Shown here: positions 24,242 through 37,100 of the stretch, in pieces
Layout of the letters: each line of letters begins with the position of its first letter
Numbering within the stretch: position 1 is the first letter of the stretch
DNA from: Yuukianura sp. NJ FZ-2021
Lineage: Eukaryota
Length of the DNA: 64,000 nt
Reading direction: 5' to 3'
NCBI GenBank assembly: GCA_046563655.1
Contig: CM102289.1
Coordinates: forward strand, 5,332,001-5,396,000
Position numbers and translations under genes: made by a program
Notes under the pieces: generated by a model
Databases searched by the model: none
What the model was told of the DNA's origin: nothing
Seen by the model: the letters and a program-made list of their open reading frames with translations, nothing else

Positions 24242-27200
24242 TTTTAGAACATTGGTTTTCTCTTTTGCTCAACTCGATTGTTGAAAAACAATTTTCCCGG
24301 TACGTACGACGTAAAACTTTTTTATTGAGCCAATATTTTCATTTTCGGTTTTGTGTTGTTACAAATGTAAAACATTTCCAGGCTTGTTGTTTTTGGAATT
24401 ACATGGCAACTATAAATGTGTGGATTAATTTTTTTGTCTTTATGTCTACGCATTTGTCTATGCTTGTTCAAACATTTAGTCAAGGTTGTTTCAATTACTG
24501 CTATAATTCAGTAGTAATTCAAACAGCCTTGGGTTCACTCCTTCATGGTCTTCCACTTTGATGTGACACGAAAGTGACAGTAACTACTGCAATTTGAAGA
24601 AAACATGAGCAGTGTGGTAATGAGACTCGTGATATCTAATAGCATTCACTTATGGCATTTTTAGAAAAGTTTTCTTGTTGAAAATTATCTGGGATTTTAA
24701 ACATTTCTTAAGCCTCACTTTCAGGATTTTGCAACTTTGGAAAAAGTATGCCGGGGGTTGATTTATGTTAGACAGGGAGAGGGTGAAAGGGGCGCAAGTC
24801 TCAGCTTTCCAGCGTCTTCCATGAACGTGACAAGTTCTGGAAACCCCGTTCCAGTGCTCTTTTGGTTTGGAAGTGCAGATTCCCTCGGTGGTGGTGGTGG
24901 GTTGTTGAGATTTTCGGGTTGGTGGTTTCGGTTTACTAGATTTTCTGGAAGAGAGACTTTCTGGAGCGGGAGTTTTTAGTAGCTGCGATGGGACGTCCCC
25001 GTGGAGAACCGCATCTCGGTCTGTCACACTCACTTTGAATTTGGAACTGATAACTACACGAAGCTCCTTGTTTTGCAAAACAAGCGACACATTGTAACTG
25101 CATAGTGTCTGAACTTTTATCTGATTTCGAACAATCTGAAAAGTCCTTTGGGATTTTGAAATTCGGAATCTCTAATTCTAAATTTTCACCTGATAGTAAC
25201 ATAAACTAGACGCTGGAAGAGCAAAGGCTGAAATTGTGTAAAAGAGACGCGTGTAAAAGCAGAAGGGTTTGGGCGGAAGGAGATGCAGACAAAGAGCAAC
25301 ACTTTCCCCTTCATTAGTTTCCAATTGTCACAAGTAGACTTCACACTTACTGTCGTTCTCCATCGCTACTCATCGCAAAACAACAACAAAAGTTACGCTG
25401 CATGAGACAACATACGTTATTTAAAGTAAACACCAGATTTGCAACAGGTAAGCACTCTATTTTATTTACTTTCACTAAAAAGCGTAGCATTTCCATAAAA
25501 AATGTGTTATATTAGTACATTTCCTTTAAACAAAACTTTTGGAAGTAAATTTTGAAAAAGAAAAACGAAACCTTCTGTATGCTGCGCAGTACAAACTTTA
25601 TGGCTGAGGAGATTTCCTGTATGTTTTCACCTGAGACAGGTAAAAGGGTAGGATTTGCGGGGTGGAAACAGGAGAAAGTAAGAACTACCTCACTTTGCTT
25701 CTTAACTTTCACCCTCATCCTCAATGTAAAATTGATCAAAATTTTGAAACTTTTTGAAAGTTGTTTTTTTCTTCTCTGAACTTTATCATAAAAAAGCTAA
25801 AACTGTGTTCGTCTGTGTTAATATTACCAGCATATTCTTGCTCTAAGGTTAGGAAGGTTAAGTTAAGCTGGGGTGAAATTTTAGTTGAGGATTTTCAGCT
25901 GGGATTTTTGGGACTTCGTATTTGTTGTTGCTTTTGTGTCTTTTTCATTCTAATTTGGGAAAGCAATCCATCAAGCTCTTGTTTGTGTCCCCCTACTCGT
26001 TTTTTGAAAGAATTTGAAATTTAGAAGGTGTTTTTTTATGTACGTTGCCGGAATAAGGAGAATGTTTCTCAGTTGTTTGATTTGGTTGAGGCTGAAGGAT
26101 GAATGACTCTTCAGGAGCATCTTAAACTGTCTTTTGGAACTCTCCCTTGTTTGTTGAAGCGAGAAAGGAGGTAGTAAAAGGGACGCTGGAAGTGCAACCG
26201 ATTTCGGTTTTGGAAGTGACACGAGGGCTGGAACAGGATACTTGACAAGCATTATTGGTTCCGAAGATGAAAAAGCATCTTGTACTTGGGGCAGGAATAA
26301 ACAAAAGAGGCAAGAAGAAACTTCACACTCTCAACAAGGTTTTCCAGAGTCAAGTTGAACCAAATTTTAAAATCGTATAAAAGTCAGGTTTTGTTGAAGC
26401 ATTCATCTTTTTCCTAATTTTTTCTAAACAGAACTTTTAGAAAAGTTTAGAACAGAAACAGAGGAAATCCAAACCCTGGTTTAAATTAGCTCAAAACACC
26501 ACAAGTGCTCCCATTTACAACCGCCTAAACCCCACCTTGTCATTGTCATTATCCTTCTCATCGTATTTTTTCCAGCGTCGACTGATTTTCAAAAGAAATT
26601 TTTCTGGACAATTCTAAAAAACATTAGTATTAAAATGTTAATGCAGAAATTTGAAAACTTTCAACCATTGGAAATTTCAATTCAAGCGAAATTTTCTTGG
26701 GAAAGTCAAATAGTTATTTCGGGCACTCATTTTTTTTTCTTGTAATTTTAAAAATGAATTTCGAATAATCATAAATTCTGACATCAATTTTTCACACTTA
26801 CGAATTAAAATGGTAGCGTTTTTTCAGAATTCAAATTCTCCCTCTCTCTTTCATGTCTATTTTGAGTTCTGCAAGATTTCAATTTTAGTGGGATGTTTCC
26901 AAAACCTCATTTATCCTCACCCTCAACATCCTGACAGTGATGGACGTAATTTAAGAGGCGGAACATCCCCAAAAGCATATTGCACTTTGCTTCAAAATCC
27001 CAAACTCTTTTTTGTATCTCGTTTTTTGAAAAAAGCAAATGAGCAATTCAAGTTGATTAGAATTTTGAAGAAAAAACCGCCCAGAAAGAGCCAAACATTC
27101 CCCAGCCACCTACGTAATCCGTGACAATTAAGACGGCGTGAAATATTTGTTTTGATAAACCTAACTGCTCCTTCTTCTTTGTTATTTTTGCCACCAATTC

Positions 27201-28175
27201 ATTTATCCTTGACACTACAGTGCGGAATGGGAAGCAGAAGCTGAAAGACGAAAAACAGCCAACATTTCTTCGACTGCTAACCAAGTCCCAAGTGAATCTC
27301 TCTCCAAATATTTTGATACTTTTCTACTTCTGTTTCAAAATCAAGACAAATGAACTGAGACGTTTGTATTGTTTTAGAAAAGTTTATTTTAAAAAAGGGC
27401 TTCAGCAGCCGTGTTCTCAGAAAAGCACTTGTAGCATCAAAGAAGAACCAGAAACGAAAGATTTTTGGTTCCAAAAATTCTACTTTGGGAAAGTCTCTCC
27501 AGAGATTTGAATTTTTTTAAATCTAAACTCGAGTTTTGGAACATCCCAAAAACGCATTTTGTTTGTCATTGTTTTCTAACAAGGAACCAAATGAAAGTTA
27601 ACGCACTGGAAGTAGTTAATTCTCAAACACCACAAACGTACAAAATTCTTTGGCAAAATGCCCCTCGCTTTCAACGGAAAACAAGGCATAAGATTTTTCG
27701 ACAAAAAAAATACTGTCGAAAAAAAACTTAACCCGGAGTACTTTTAGGAGAAATTTTTTGAATTTTGGCACAACGTAATTAGCCAAATTTGGAAATTTTG
27801 AATTTTTTAAACAACAAATTCTTCTCCTCATTGTGAATATTCCTTTTAAATTTTGCTTCAAAATTTCGAAGAGTTTGAATTCGTATTGTGAGCAGAGGGG
27901 AAAGTGCTCATTTGTCAAGTGATGAATTTATTGTTTGTTGAAAGCGTTTTTAATCACTTTCGGTCCATTAGAATAATTTGTGAAGTGGAAGCTCTTTGTA
28001 CAGCAGCGTGTGATTTATTATACATTTATATATTTTACGTTTGTTGAAATTTTGATTTCGTTGAAAAGTTTCTAAAGCAAAAACAAATGCGGAACACTTA
28101 ACTACATGTTGAATTTATATAAAAAGAATGTTTTTTTTTATTATTGCAGAAACTTGAAATGTCACACATCAAAAA

Positions 28176-31100
28176 ATGCTGTTTCAATCGAACTTTCCTA
28201 AGATGAGCATGACATCGTTGTCCGCTCGCGTCTGTCAGTCACTTTTACTCTTCGGAATTCTCCTCGTACCAGGTAAGATGGAAAACATTTTCTCAACTTT
28301 CAAAATTTCAAAATCTCTTATAAGACTTTATTTCTCTTCAACCGCGAAACTTCAACTACCAAACAGCTAACGCACTTTTGTTTGCTAAACACTGCAGTAA
28401 TAATGGGAAGGTGTGATGATGATCAGCGTCACGCCGTAGTTTGTTTGAATCACAAAACTTTTGATTGTCCTTCTCCCAAACTTTAACTCTGAAATGAACA
28501 AAGTTAAGGCAGAAAACAATAGGAGAAAGGGACAAAGGGCCCATTTAAGGTTTTGGAATCTACGTGATGACTTTTTTCTTCTTAGAACTAAGGGAGAGGG
28601 ATGCAAAGAAGGATGGAAGACGCATCCAAGAAGGGGGGAATAGTATATAGGAACGAATGTGGATAATCGAAGACGTTAAGATGTCAAATCGATACTGTGA
28701 TCTCAGCTGTAGACCTTGTTAAGTTTATGTAATGTAATCGCTGGAGAAAGGGGAGAAAGTTAAATAAGAATCCGTTCTTTCCCCTTATTCTCTCCATGTG
28801 CCCATAACTGTACAAGGACTGTTAGTGTTAGTGAGGGATTTGGAACATGATGGCATATGGGCTTAGGCTTCAACTTTTGCCACATGACTCCGAAAGGCTA
28901 GGGTTAGGTTAGGTTAGGCTACAGCATTCCAAAGAAAAAGAAAAATGGAAAGTGCAGAAGAGAAAGTGAGCGGCAGAACAGCTGCTGGAGGGGATATTAA
29001 GACAGAAGAAAAGTCAACGCAGAAACCAATCCGTCCATACGTCCGAACCAGCTTCGCTGGAACTTTTACTGGAGCACTGGAACCAAAGTGCATGTTAGTC
29101 CTATGCTTTTTTTTTGTTCTTTGGTCTCGTCAAATTGGTCTAATGTAACATAATGCAAGTAATGGTCAGGAAAAGTTTTTTTTTGGAAAAAGAGAAAAGG
29201 AGAGGTTTTTGGAATTGTCACTTGACCACTAGACTATAAGAAGTTGGCCGTTTTTGGCTACCCCGAACATGAACTTCCATGTGGTACAGGATACTCAATT
29301 TTTTTTGTTCTTAGTGTTCTGTACTTTTGACCACATGGAGTAGGAAGTAATGAATTGGAGTTTTGGCAAAGGAAAAAAGTACCGTAAAAGTTCAAGTTCA
29401 TACCCACGCCAGTTATCTTGTTTTAGAGTAGCTCCGAAGTCTGCATTGTACCAGGGGTGAAAATTATTTCTTTGGGTGGTTATGAAACGCTTTACGGTAA
29501 CTTTTTTTTGGAGGTTTGAACTTTTCAATTGATGGTGTTCACCAATTTTGAGTTCCATGTGTCAAGTGAAGGAGGGAGCAGATGATGCAGGGAACTTTTA
29601 CGTTAAAAAGTCTTGTCTCGGGGAACGCACAAAAATAAAGTTTTCTGACTGACTTTTTACTTAGAACATACGATTGTGTAGAGAAATGGCAACAGAAGCG
29701 AAAAGCAGCTTCTTTTTCCCTCTCTCGAATAAATTGGATCTTCGATTTTGAGATGATAACTTTCTCTCTAAAAAAACGGAAAGAAGAGTAAGAATGCGAT
29801 TTAGGCCCAATTAAGAACTTTTTCTCAGAAACTGGCGGGAACTAAACAACATTTTTCAACAGCTGAAACTGCATCGGACTTTTTTCTTGGAAAATCAAAA
29901 AACCGGAAAAGCCAATTTTTTAATTCCTGGCCAGGTTTTTAAGAGTGGAAATTTTCGAGAAAAGCGTTTCAAAAAGTGTTTTTGGAAATTTTTCTAAGAG
30001 TAATTGTAGAATCGTGCACCCCAACCTTAAGTTTGCAGTTGGTGGTGCACACACCCCCATGGGGGAAAGTGACTAATGGAGAAAGTGGAGGGTGGTGAAA
30101 GCAGAGAACGTAAGTCTTCATAAGCCACTTTCACAGTTGACTGAAAATAAGTTTTCACAAATGATTTTCCCTTCAAGAGAATCAAGGTGCACTATTAGGT
30201 TGTTCACTTCTTCCTCTGCTGAAGAAGAAAAAGTGAAGAACCTTCACTTTTTCATGCATTCACTTTCACTCTTTCTGGAAAAAGTGAAAGTCCCATTCAT
30301 TTAAATGGAACTGACTCTCTTCACTTTCTTATTATTATTCCTCAGACATTTATTCTTATTTCCCTTCAATAAACCCCCTTCTCCAAAGTCCTTTTTTCAA
30401 AAATGAAAAGGCTCTCAAGTGTGTAAATATGTTTCAATCACGGAACAAAATCCATTTCACTCAGTTTTGTTATCTCTTTCCCTCCACACACTGCTTCTTA
30501 TTTAAAAAAGAGTTTTCTTTAAAGTTTCTTTTTGAATGACAAAGTGACACCTCCAGAAAGTTAGAACAACTCCGCTATTTTTGTAATGCGCCTAAACTAT
30601 ATCTTTGTCATCAATTTAAATTCAACTTGTTTAAATTTTTAGAAAACTAAAAAAAGCGTTTTGGCTTTGAATAAGTATGTTGCGTTTTCTTTCCTGAGAG
30701 AGTGAAAATTCGTCTTCATCTTTTCTCATTTCCGCTTTCCCCTCCTCTCTGCCTGTTGGTTGCGATAAAATAGCATAAAGAAATGAACTTTCTCTTTTGA
30801 ACAATACAACCGCTTTGTTCCTTCTTTTTGGAGTGAAAATTCACTTTTGGAATTTAAATTTTGAATTTTCATGAAATTCTGAAATTCTTTTTCTTCAGTT
30901 AGCAAACCCGCCCTTGAATTTATTTGCCCAAATCTTTCTTTCTTCAATAGCTGGTTGTTGCAAGTTTGTGTCTCTTTCGGGAATCCCACCCGTTTTTGCT
31001 TCAATTTCGGTGCTAAAACACTAATAGTTATCAATAGCAAATGATTTTCTTAAATCAATTGAGAACTAGGCGAATCACCAGGATTAAGATCTGCGCAGTA

Positions 31101-34100
31101 AATCAATTGGGTAGGTTGATGCATCCAAATTGTGCACTGTAAATGGAAAATCATTACTGTTGAAAAATGATTTTAACTGATTAACTTTTTGCATAATTTT
31201 ACAATCACAGCCTGTAGTGAGATTGAATGAGTTTGGCTTGATGTAAATGTTTGGACACTTTAAGTAACGGGTTTACTGACGAATGTTTATGCAGAAAAAG
31301 TTCCAGTCCTCAACGTTGCAGTTGAATAATCTGTTTTGTAGCTGGTAATCAAAAACAGTGTGGTGACATCCAATTTGCAATTTCAAACCGATGGTTTGTT
31401 TTTGATTTGCTTCCAAACTCTTAAAAGAAAGAAGATTCTTTAAACTTTTTCTACTGAAGATACTTTCTTCCGTATACTTTGTGTTATTTTGAGTTTCTGG
31501 TCTTGAAGGACCTTACGGTTGACAAATTAGCGGAAATTTCAAACTACACAGTTTTGTCTGTTTATTTCGTTGCTTTAAGAATTTCTTTAAAAATGATATA
31601 AAACGGGTGAAAGTGAAATAACACTTGTCACTTCCATTTGTGTAAACAGGAGGATTTTCTTCTTTTCAAAAACTTACTTTTCCTTCCGCCACTCTTCCCC
31701 CTTCTCCCTGAATTTAAAGACTTTTTAAGGGAAGGATGGGAGGCCTTAAGTGTCACTTTGGGTTTTCCGCTCTCCAAATATTTGTTCATGTTTTTCAGAA
31801 AGTCAAAACCACAGTTTTGCATGGGACGCAGGAAGACGACTTTGTTCCTTTGTGGGCCCAACACTGTCATTTTCAAGTGATTCTCAAATTTAAGTGGACT
31901 ATCATCTCCAGTTTAGGTCACAAACAGCTTTCTTCGGAAATTTTGAAGTTTAAACTTCATTAAGAAACTGTTAAAAAGTTTAATTTTCTAAAATAACGAT
32001 CTGCTATGATGGACAAATAGCAGCTTTCACTTCCCTTGTTCCTCTTCTTTAAGTCTTTGATTTTGAAATTTGAAATGTACTGTTTGTATTTGACTTGAAA
32101 ATTTTGAAAATGAGTCAGTTTACGATTTGAAATTGGACTCCTTAATTGAATTCAATTGCTCAATTAAATGGTTCTCAAAAATCTTAAACTCTTTCTACTT
32201 TTCTAGTACTTCCGAACTAAAACTTTTCAAAATGGTTTCTCTTTGCCATTTATTGTCCATAACTTTTTAGAAGCTCAATTTTACTTTCGAATTTCCTCAA
32301 AATTCAGAAACCTAAAGCGGAAAACTTATGCAGACTCGGTTTAAAGCTAAAGCGTAAACTCAAACTTTTTTCAAAAATATAATTACTAGTAGTTATTTTC
32401 AGCAACTTTTTTTTTTATTTAATTTCACTGAATTTACTTTTAGCCCAATTTGTAAAAGAAATGAATTCTGTCACTTTTTACGTTAAAGTTTACCATGATT
32501 TTTGAACTTACACATTACCATATGAATTTTGAAGTACCGTAAATCGTCAAATAACGACTATTTTAATGTTCGATTACCGCGTTATGTTGAATTAACGTTG
32601 AATTTTTTAATCGAGGAAGCAGTGCATCCTTTGAATTTTTCTGTAACGGAATTCAGAATTCAGAATGTCAAGGCTTATATAAAAATGGGAATTATGAGGA
32701 GATTTCCGGTAAGTCATAAGCTTATTTTCTCTTCAGTAAAATCCCCATTAACTCCCCTCCCCTCCTTGACAAAGGTCCCATTTTGTGAAGTTCCTTAATG
32801 CACAAACCCCCGAGTGCTCCAGGGAGAAAATTGCCACTGAGAAGCTGCTTCTGGAAGGATCCGTCTAAGCCTCTGCTTTCTCCAGAGTTATTAGAGTGCT
32901 GGAGTAATTCTGGAGAGAACAGAGTCCCTTATAATAGGAACCTATTAGACATATTTACATACTCACTAGACCCCTTGTCTTAGAAAATAGGACCCTTACG
33001 CTAGGATTATTTCCACCAACAGCCAAGGAATCTATTTCTGAAAAGCACAAAAGTCACAAGTCAAACAATGGCTTGCTCCACCAAAGTTCCATTTCCAAAA
33101 TTCCGCCTTTCTCCAAGTGGCAAAGAGAAAGTTTTGTTGGAGAAAGTCTTGAGAATGGCTTCGGCTGAGCACCTATTTCCCGCGTCCATTCTTCTCTCCA
33201 GCGCCCTTTCTTCCCGCCACTTTTTGAACTTTCAAAAACGAAGGGAGGAACGCTTTCGGAGTTCTGGAAGGACTTTGGAGTAAGCATATGCACAAACGAG
33301 GGCCATGACGACCCATACTACAGTTACGGCTGAAGAGGTCATAAATCCCGGTTGTCCCAAAACCCTGGTGCTCATTCCACTTTCTCCCGCCGATTTCAAA
33401 ATCCAACTGGAAATGGAGTTGAGGGGGTTTGGATTTTTCGGGTTGGTTCAATTCCAGTTCAAATTGGCACTTGAACCTTGATGCAAAAAAGAATTGAGCT
33501 GAAGGTATAACCAAACTTTGAAACTGTTTGAACTGTTTTTGCTGTTCTGGTAGTTCGATGAGATTTGAATCAAGTGATGAAAATGCATCAAGAATGCACT
33601 GAACTTCCTTTTTGATTTTTCATTTTTTGAAGGTCCATATTTTATAATAAAACGAAATTGGAAAAATCCTTTACTGCCGCGGTTACCAAAAACGTGCATA
33701 ACGCACTTCAACTCCTGATAAAAACTATAAAAATAACTGCAGCAAGACAGGGCAAAATGCCTCCTCTCTTCCTCAATTTTGCTTAGAAAAAAAATACACC
33801 ATGACTCACAAGTCATCTCGGATCAGAATTATTTTAAAATTGTTTAAGTGTACAAAACAGGGTAGGCTTTTTTTCCAAATTCTGAATTTGAAGTTACGTA
33901 AGGACTAGGTTAACTTGCCCAGTGTTGGAGATGCGTTCCTGTGAGACCCACTTGATTTTGAAGTTTCCCTCTCCCAGGCCCTCACTCACTTTCTCTAATC
34001 TATTATTCCTAATGGACTCATAAAGAGTCCCCAGTCTCCACTCTCGTCTTTTATTTATGCGAAAACGAGTCACTCAGTTTTCAGTGAACCTCACGGTACA

Positions 34101-37100
34101 AAAAAAAACTCAAGCTTTGAATGTACATTGTATTTTTTATTCTTTTTGACCAGGAGCCACCTATGACCCCACATTTGACCTTCCTCTGCACAACGTCACG
34201 GCAAAACAAGGTAACTTTCACTTTTTTAAGAATCGGAGGAATGCGCAGCCGCTAAGGGAAGTGGCAATCTGATAAACAGAAAGCCATTTAACCCATTCAA
34301 TTTCCGTTCAATACTCATTCATTCTCCTAAATCTTAATAGGTACAGAGGTTTCCTTTACGTGCGTCGTCAATCATCTAGGAGACTTTAAGGTAAGGTTTC
34401 CTGGAATGGTACTTATTATGCCTTGCCACCGGTGGCAAGTCGGTGGTAAGCAAATTTGCTCCGTTTGGTACTCATGAAACCGGGAGCAAGTAGGATGGCA
34501 AGAGTATAGCAACTCTTGCCATCCTCCTTCTCTTTCTCCATTGAAACCTTTCTCCTAGCAGGAGATTTGGTACTTATGAAGAGCTTTGCTCCTCAGTAGC
34601 ATCGCAAATTCCGTGATATCTTTGCGGCTAGTCGAGACTAGCCGCAAAGTAGCGATTTGAACGATTATTAAAGATTATGATCCAAATACAGGCACAATTA
34701 AATCTACTAACGTATTCAAAATCATCCTAACCTCTCATACTCATATTATAAGCATATATTAAGCATGAAATCGTCATTCTTTAAACTGATTCTACTACTA
34801 CTAATGGAATCATATGACACACATATGGCTTCCTTTGAAAGATGGAAGTTAATGGCGTTTTAGGGTTCTTTACATAAGAACCCATTTAAATCACCCCGTT
34901 TTGATTAAAGTTTTACATTATGACACTTGCCATAGCCAATTCTACTTTATACTTGTCCTAAAATGTCACAGTAGGTGCAAAGGCATAAGAATTCATTAGT
35001 ATTTGTGTATTTATAAGTAATACGAATAATTGAAATGCTTTAAAAAGATAATTATCATGTGCACTTATTGTTCCAAAGAATGTGCCAACGAGTCTCAACC
35101 TTGTTGTCACACCCAGATTTTGAATTTGGTGAGGAGGGAAGGCACTCCACTCCTCCTCCCGTGTTAGTTTGGGGAAAACTCCCTCAACTTTGCCACCGAG
35201 AGAGAAAGTGTTTCGAGAGTACCAAATTCTCAAAGTCGCAGAGGAGTGGCGCAAGCTAATTTGCGATCGCAGATTTGTCACCGCTAATGATAGTTGTCGA
35301 TCCTGAACTTCAAAATTTTGAAAAAAAAAAAACTAGATTTATCCCAAAATTTAATTTTAGTTATGTTTGTAAAATGAAGCTGAAGTAGACAGGGGGTCCA
35401 TTGAGAAAGTGTTTTGTGTTTGGAGTGAAAGTCTGAATGAAATGGTTGTGAGTGAGAAGATGTCGTTTGGGGGATTTCCATTGTCCTTGCCTGTAGACAA
35501 ACTTCATTTTCCCAACCATTAAGCCAAGGTTCCCCCTGTCCCACCCGATTAGTCCCACCCTCTGTCTTCCATTTCTAATCCCACTAATACAACCATTCCG
35601 TAACCATGGATACGATGATTATACTCCTTTCCCGTCTTAACAACCACCAGAAACCATTACAATTATCCAGCTTCTTGCAAGCCACGAAGCGCAATTGCCA
35701 CATTGATTTGTATTCCACTACATTGGGCTTAAATTCATTCCAAAATGTACAGTATGATTCAAAAATTTATGCAATCGCTTTCTCTGTTGCCGTCCTCAAA
35801 ACTTAGATTAACGCAAAACGCCAAAACAAAACTTTTTTGAATTCTATCGAAAATTTGGAATTATTATGCAGAAAAAGTTGGCTCATAAAAATATTACTGA
35901 CGCTGGAGGCGAAACGGTAGCTAATAGGGCATGAAGCGGCTTGGGTCAAAACGGAAACAGGCAAGTACAGAGTAGAATGCGGATTCTAATGGAAAATCAA
36001 TGCACGGAAATCCTCTTTCCTGATCAAATTTAGCGCCCAGAGGAAGTGGGCAATAAAAATTGAATTAAAATAGCCATACAGTGCTTTGGTGGAACGAAAG
36101 AACAAAGGAAAGAGACTCGTGGGACTGGTTAGGTTAGTTTTAGGTTTAATAGGTTTATTAGGTTAATTAAACAGGCATTCTGTTCATGTCGTGACAAATG
36201 TATGTAAATTGGTCCCAAATCTAGAAGCTTTTTAAAGCTGGCTTGTCTACCCACTTAAAAAGGCTAATCAAAAAGACACTTTTCTCCCGCGAGTTTTTGA
36301 AAGTGAAAGCAGACGCTTCCGTGGTTTGTTCAAACAGGTTCTGTTCTTGTGTTCAAACAGGTGGCATGGATCAAGTCGGATGATAAGGTCATTCTGGCCT
36401 ACCACACAAACAAAGTGTCACACAATCCCAGGTACAATGTTTTTGCACATGCGCATGAGCATTTTTACTCATACTTAAGCATTTATGCTCATCATGTCCC
36501 GTTTTTCAGGTATCATGTAACACACAACGGGCACAATACGTGGACTCTGATTATCAAAAATGTTCAGAAAAGCGACAGTGGAGAGTTCATGTGTCAAATC
36601 AACACAAACCCCATGACCATGCAGGTAAAGTTTTGGCGGAATTTTCAAAAAGACAGGGTAAATTTGAAGTTTTTTGAATCTTTTTAAGGTCGGATGGTTA
36701 GAAGTTGTCGTACCAGCGGATATCATCGACGAGGAGACATCGGGCGACGTTGTCGTTGGGGAGGGACACTCTGCACTGCTACAATGCAAGGCAACGGGCT
36801 CCCCGCCTCCAAAAGTCCGCTGGAAGCGCCAAGACGGGCAACCGCTTCCTTTGAGCCGCGAACTTTTGAATCCGGGTGAAAAAGGTAACTTTTTTTTTTA
36901 AACAAAACTAAATTTTTTCATCCCTTGCCTATTGCGTGTGCTGGGGCTGTTGAACGCGGTTTGTGTGTTACTCAACTTGTAAACAAAATTTGAAATTTCC
37001 CTCTTTTGTAAATAGCCCCCAAACTCCCCTCATCTTTAAACTTCCGCTTCCGTCTCAATTTCCCCCCAGTAATTAAAAACTTTCGTAATTTTTCAGTTTC

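Noticed and set aside
24650..25202. Overlapping 146-aa and 88-aa minus-strand ORFs
   Set aside because: No recognisable domain and no convincing exon chain; may be UTR or promoter sequence between divergent genes.
28899..28919. (TTAGG)3 as a telomere or interstitial telomeric array
   Set aside because: Too short; more likely a MITE-associated core motif.
34407..34649. CRISPR-like array or bacterial terminators
   Set aside because: Eukaryotic intron context, only three short irregularly spaced motif copies, no cas genes and no U-tracts after the stems.
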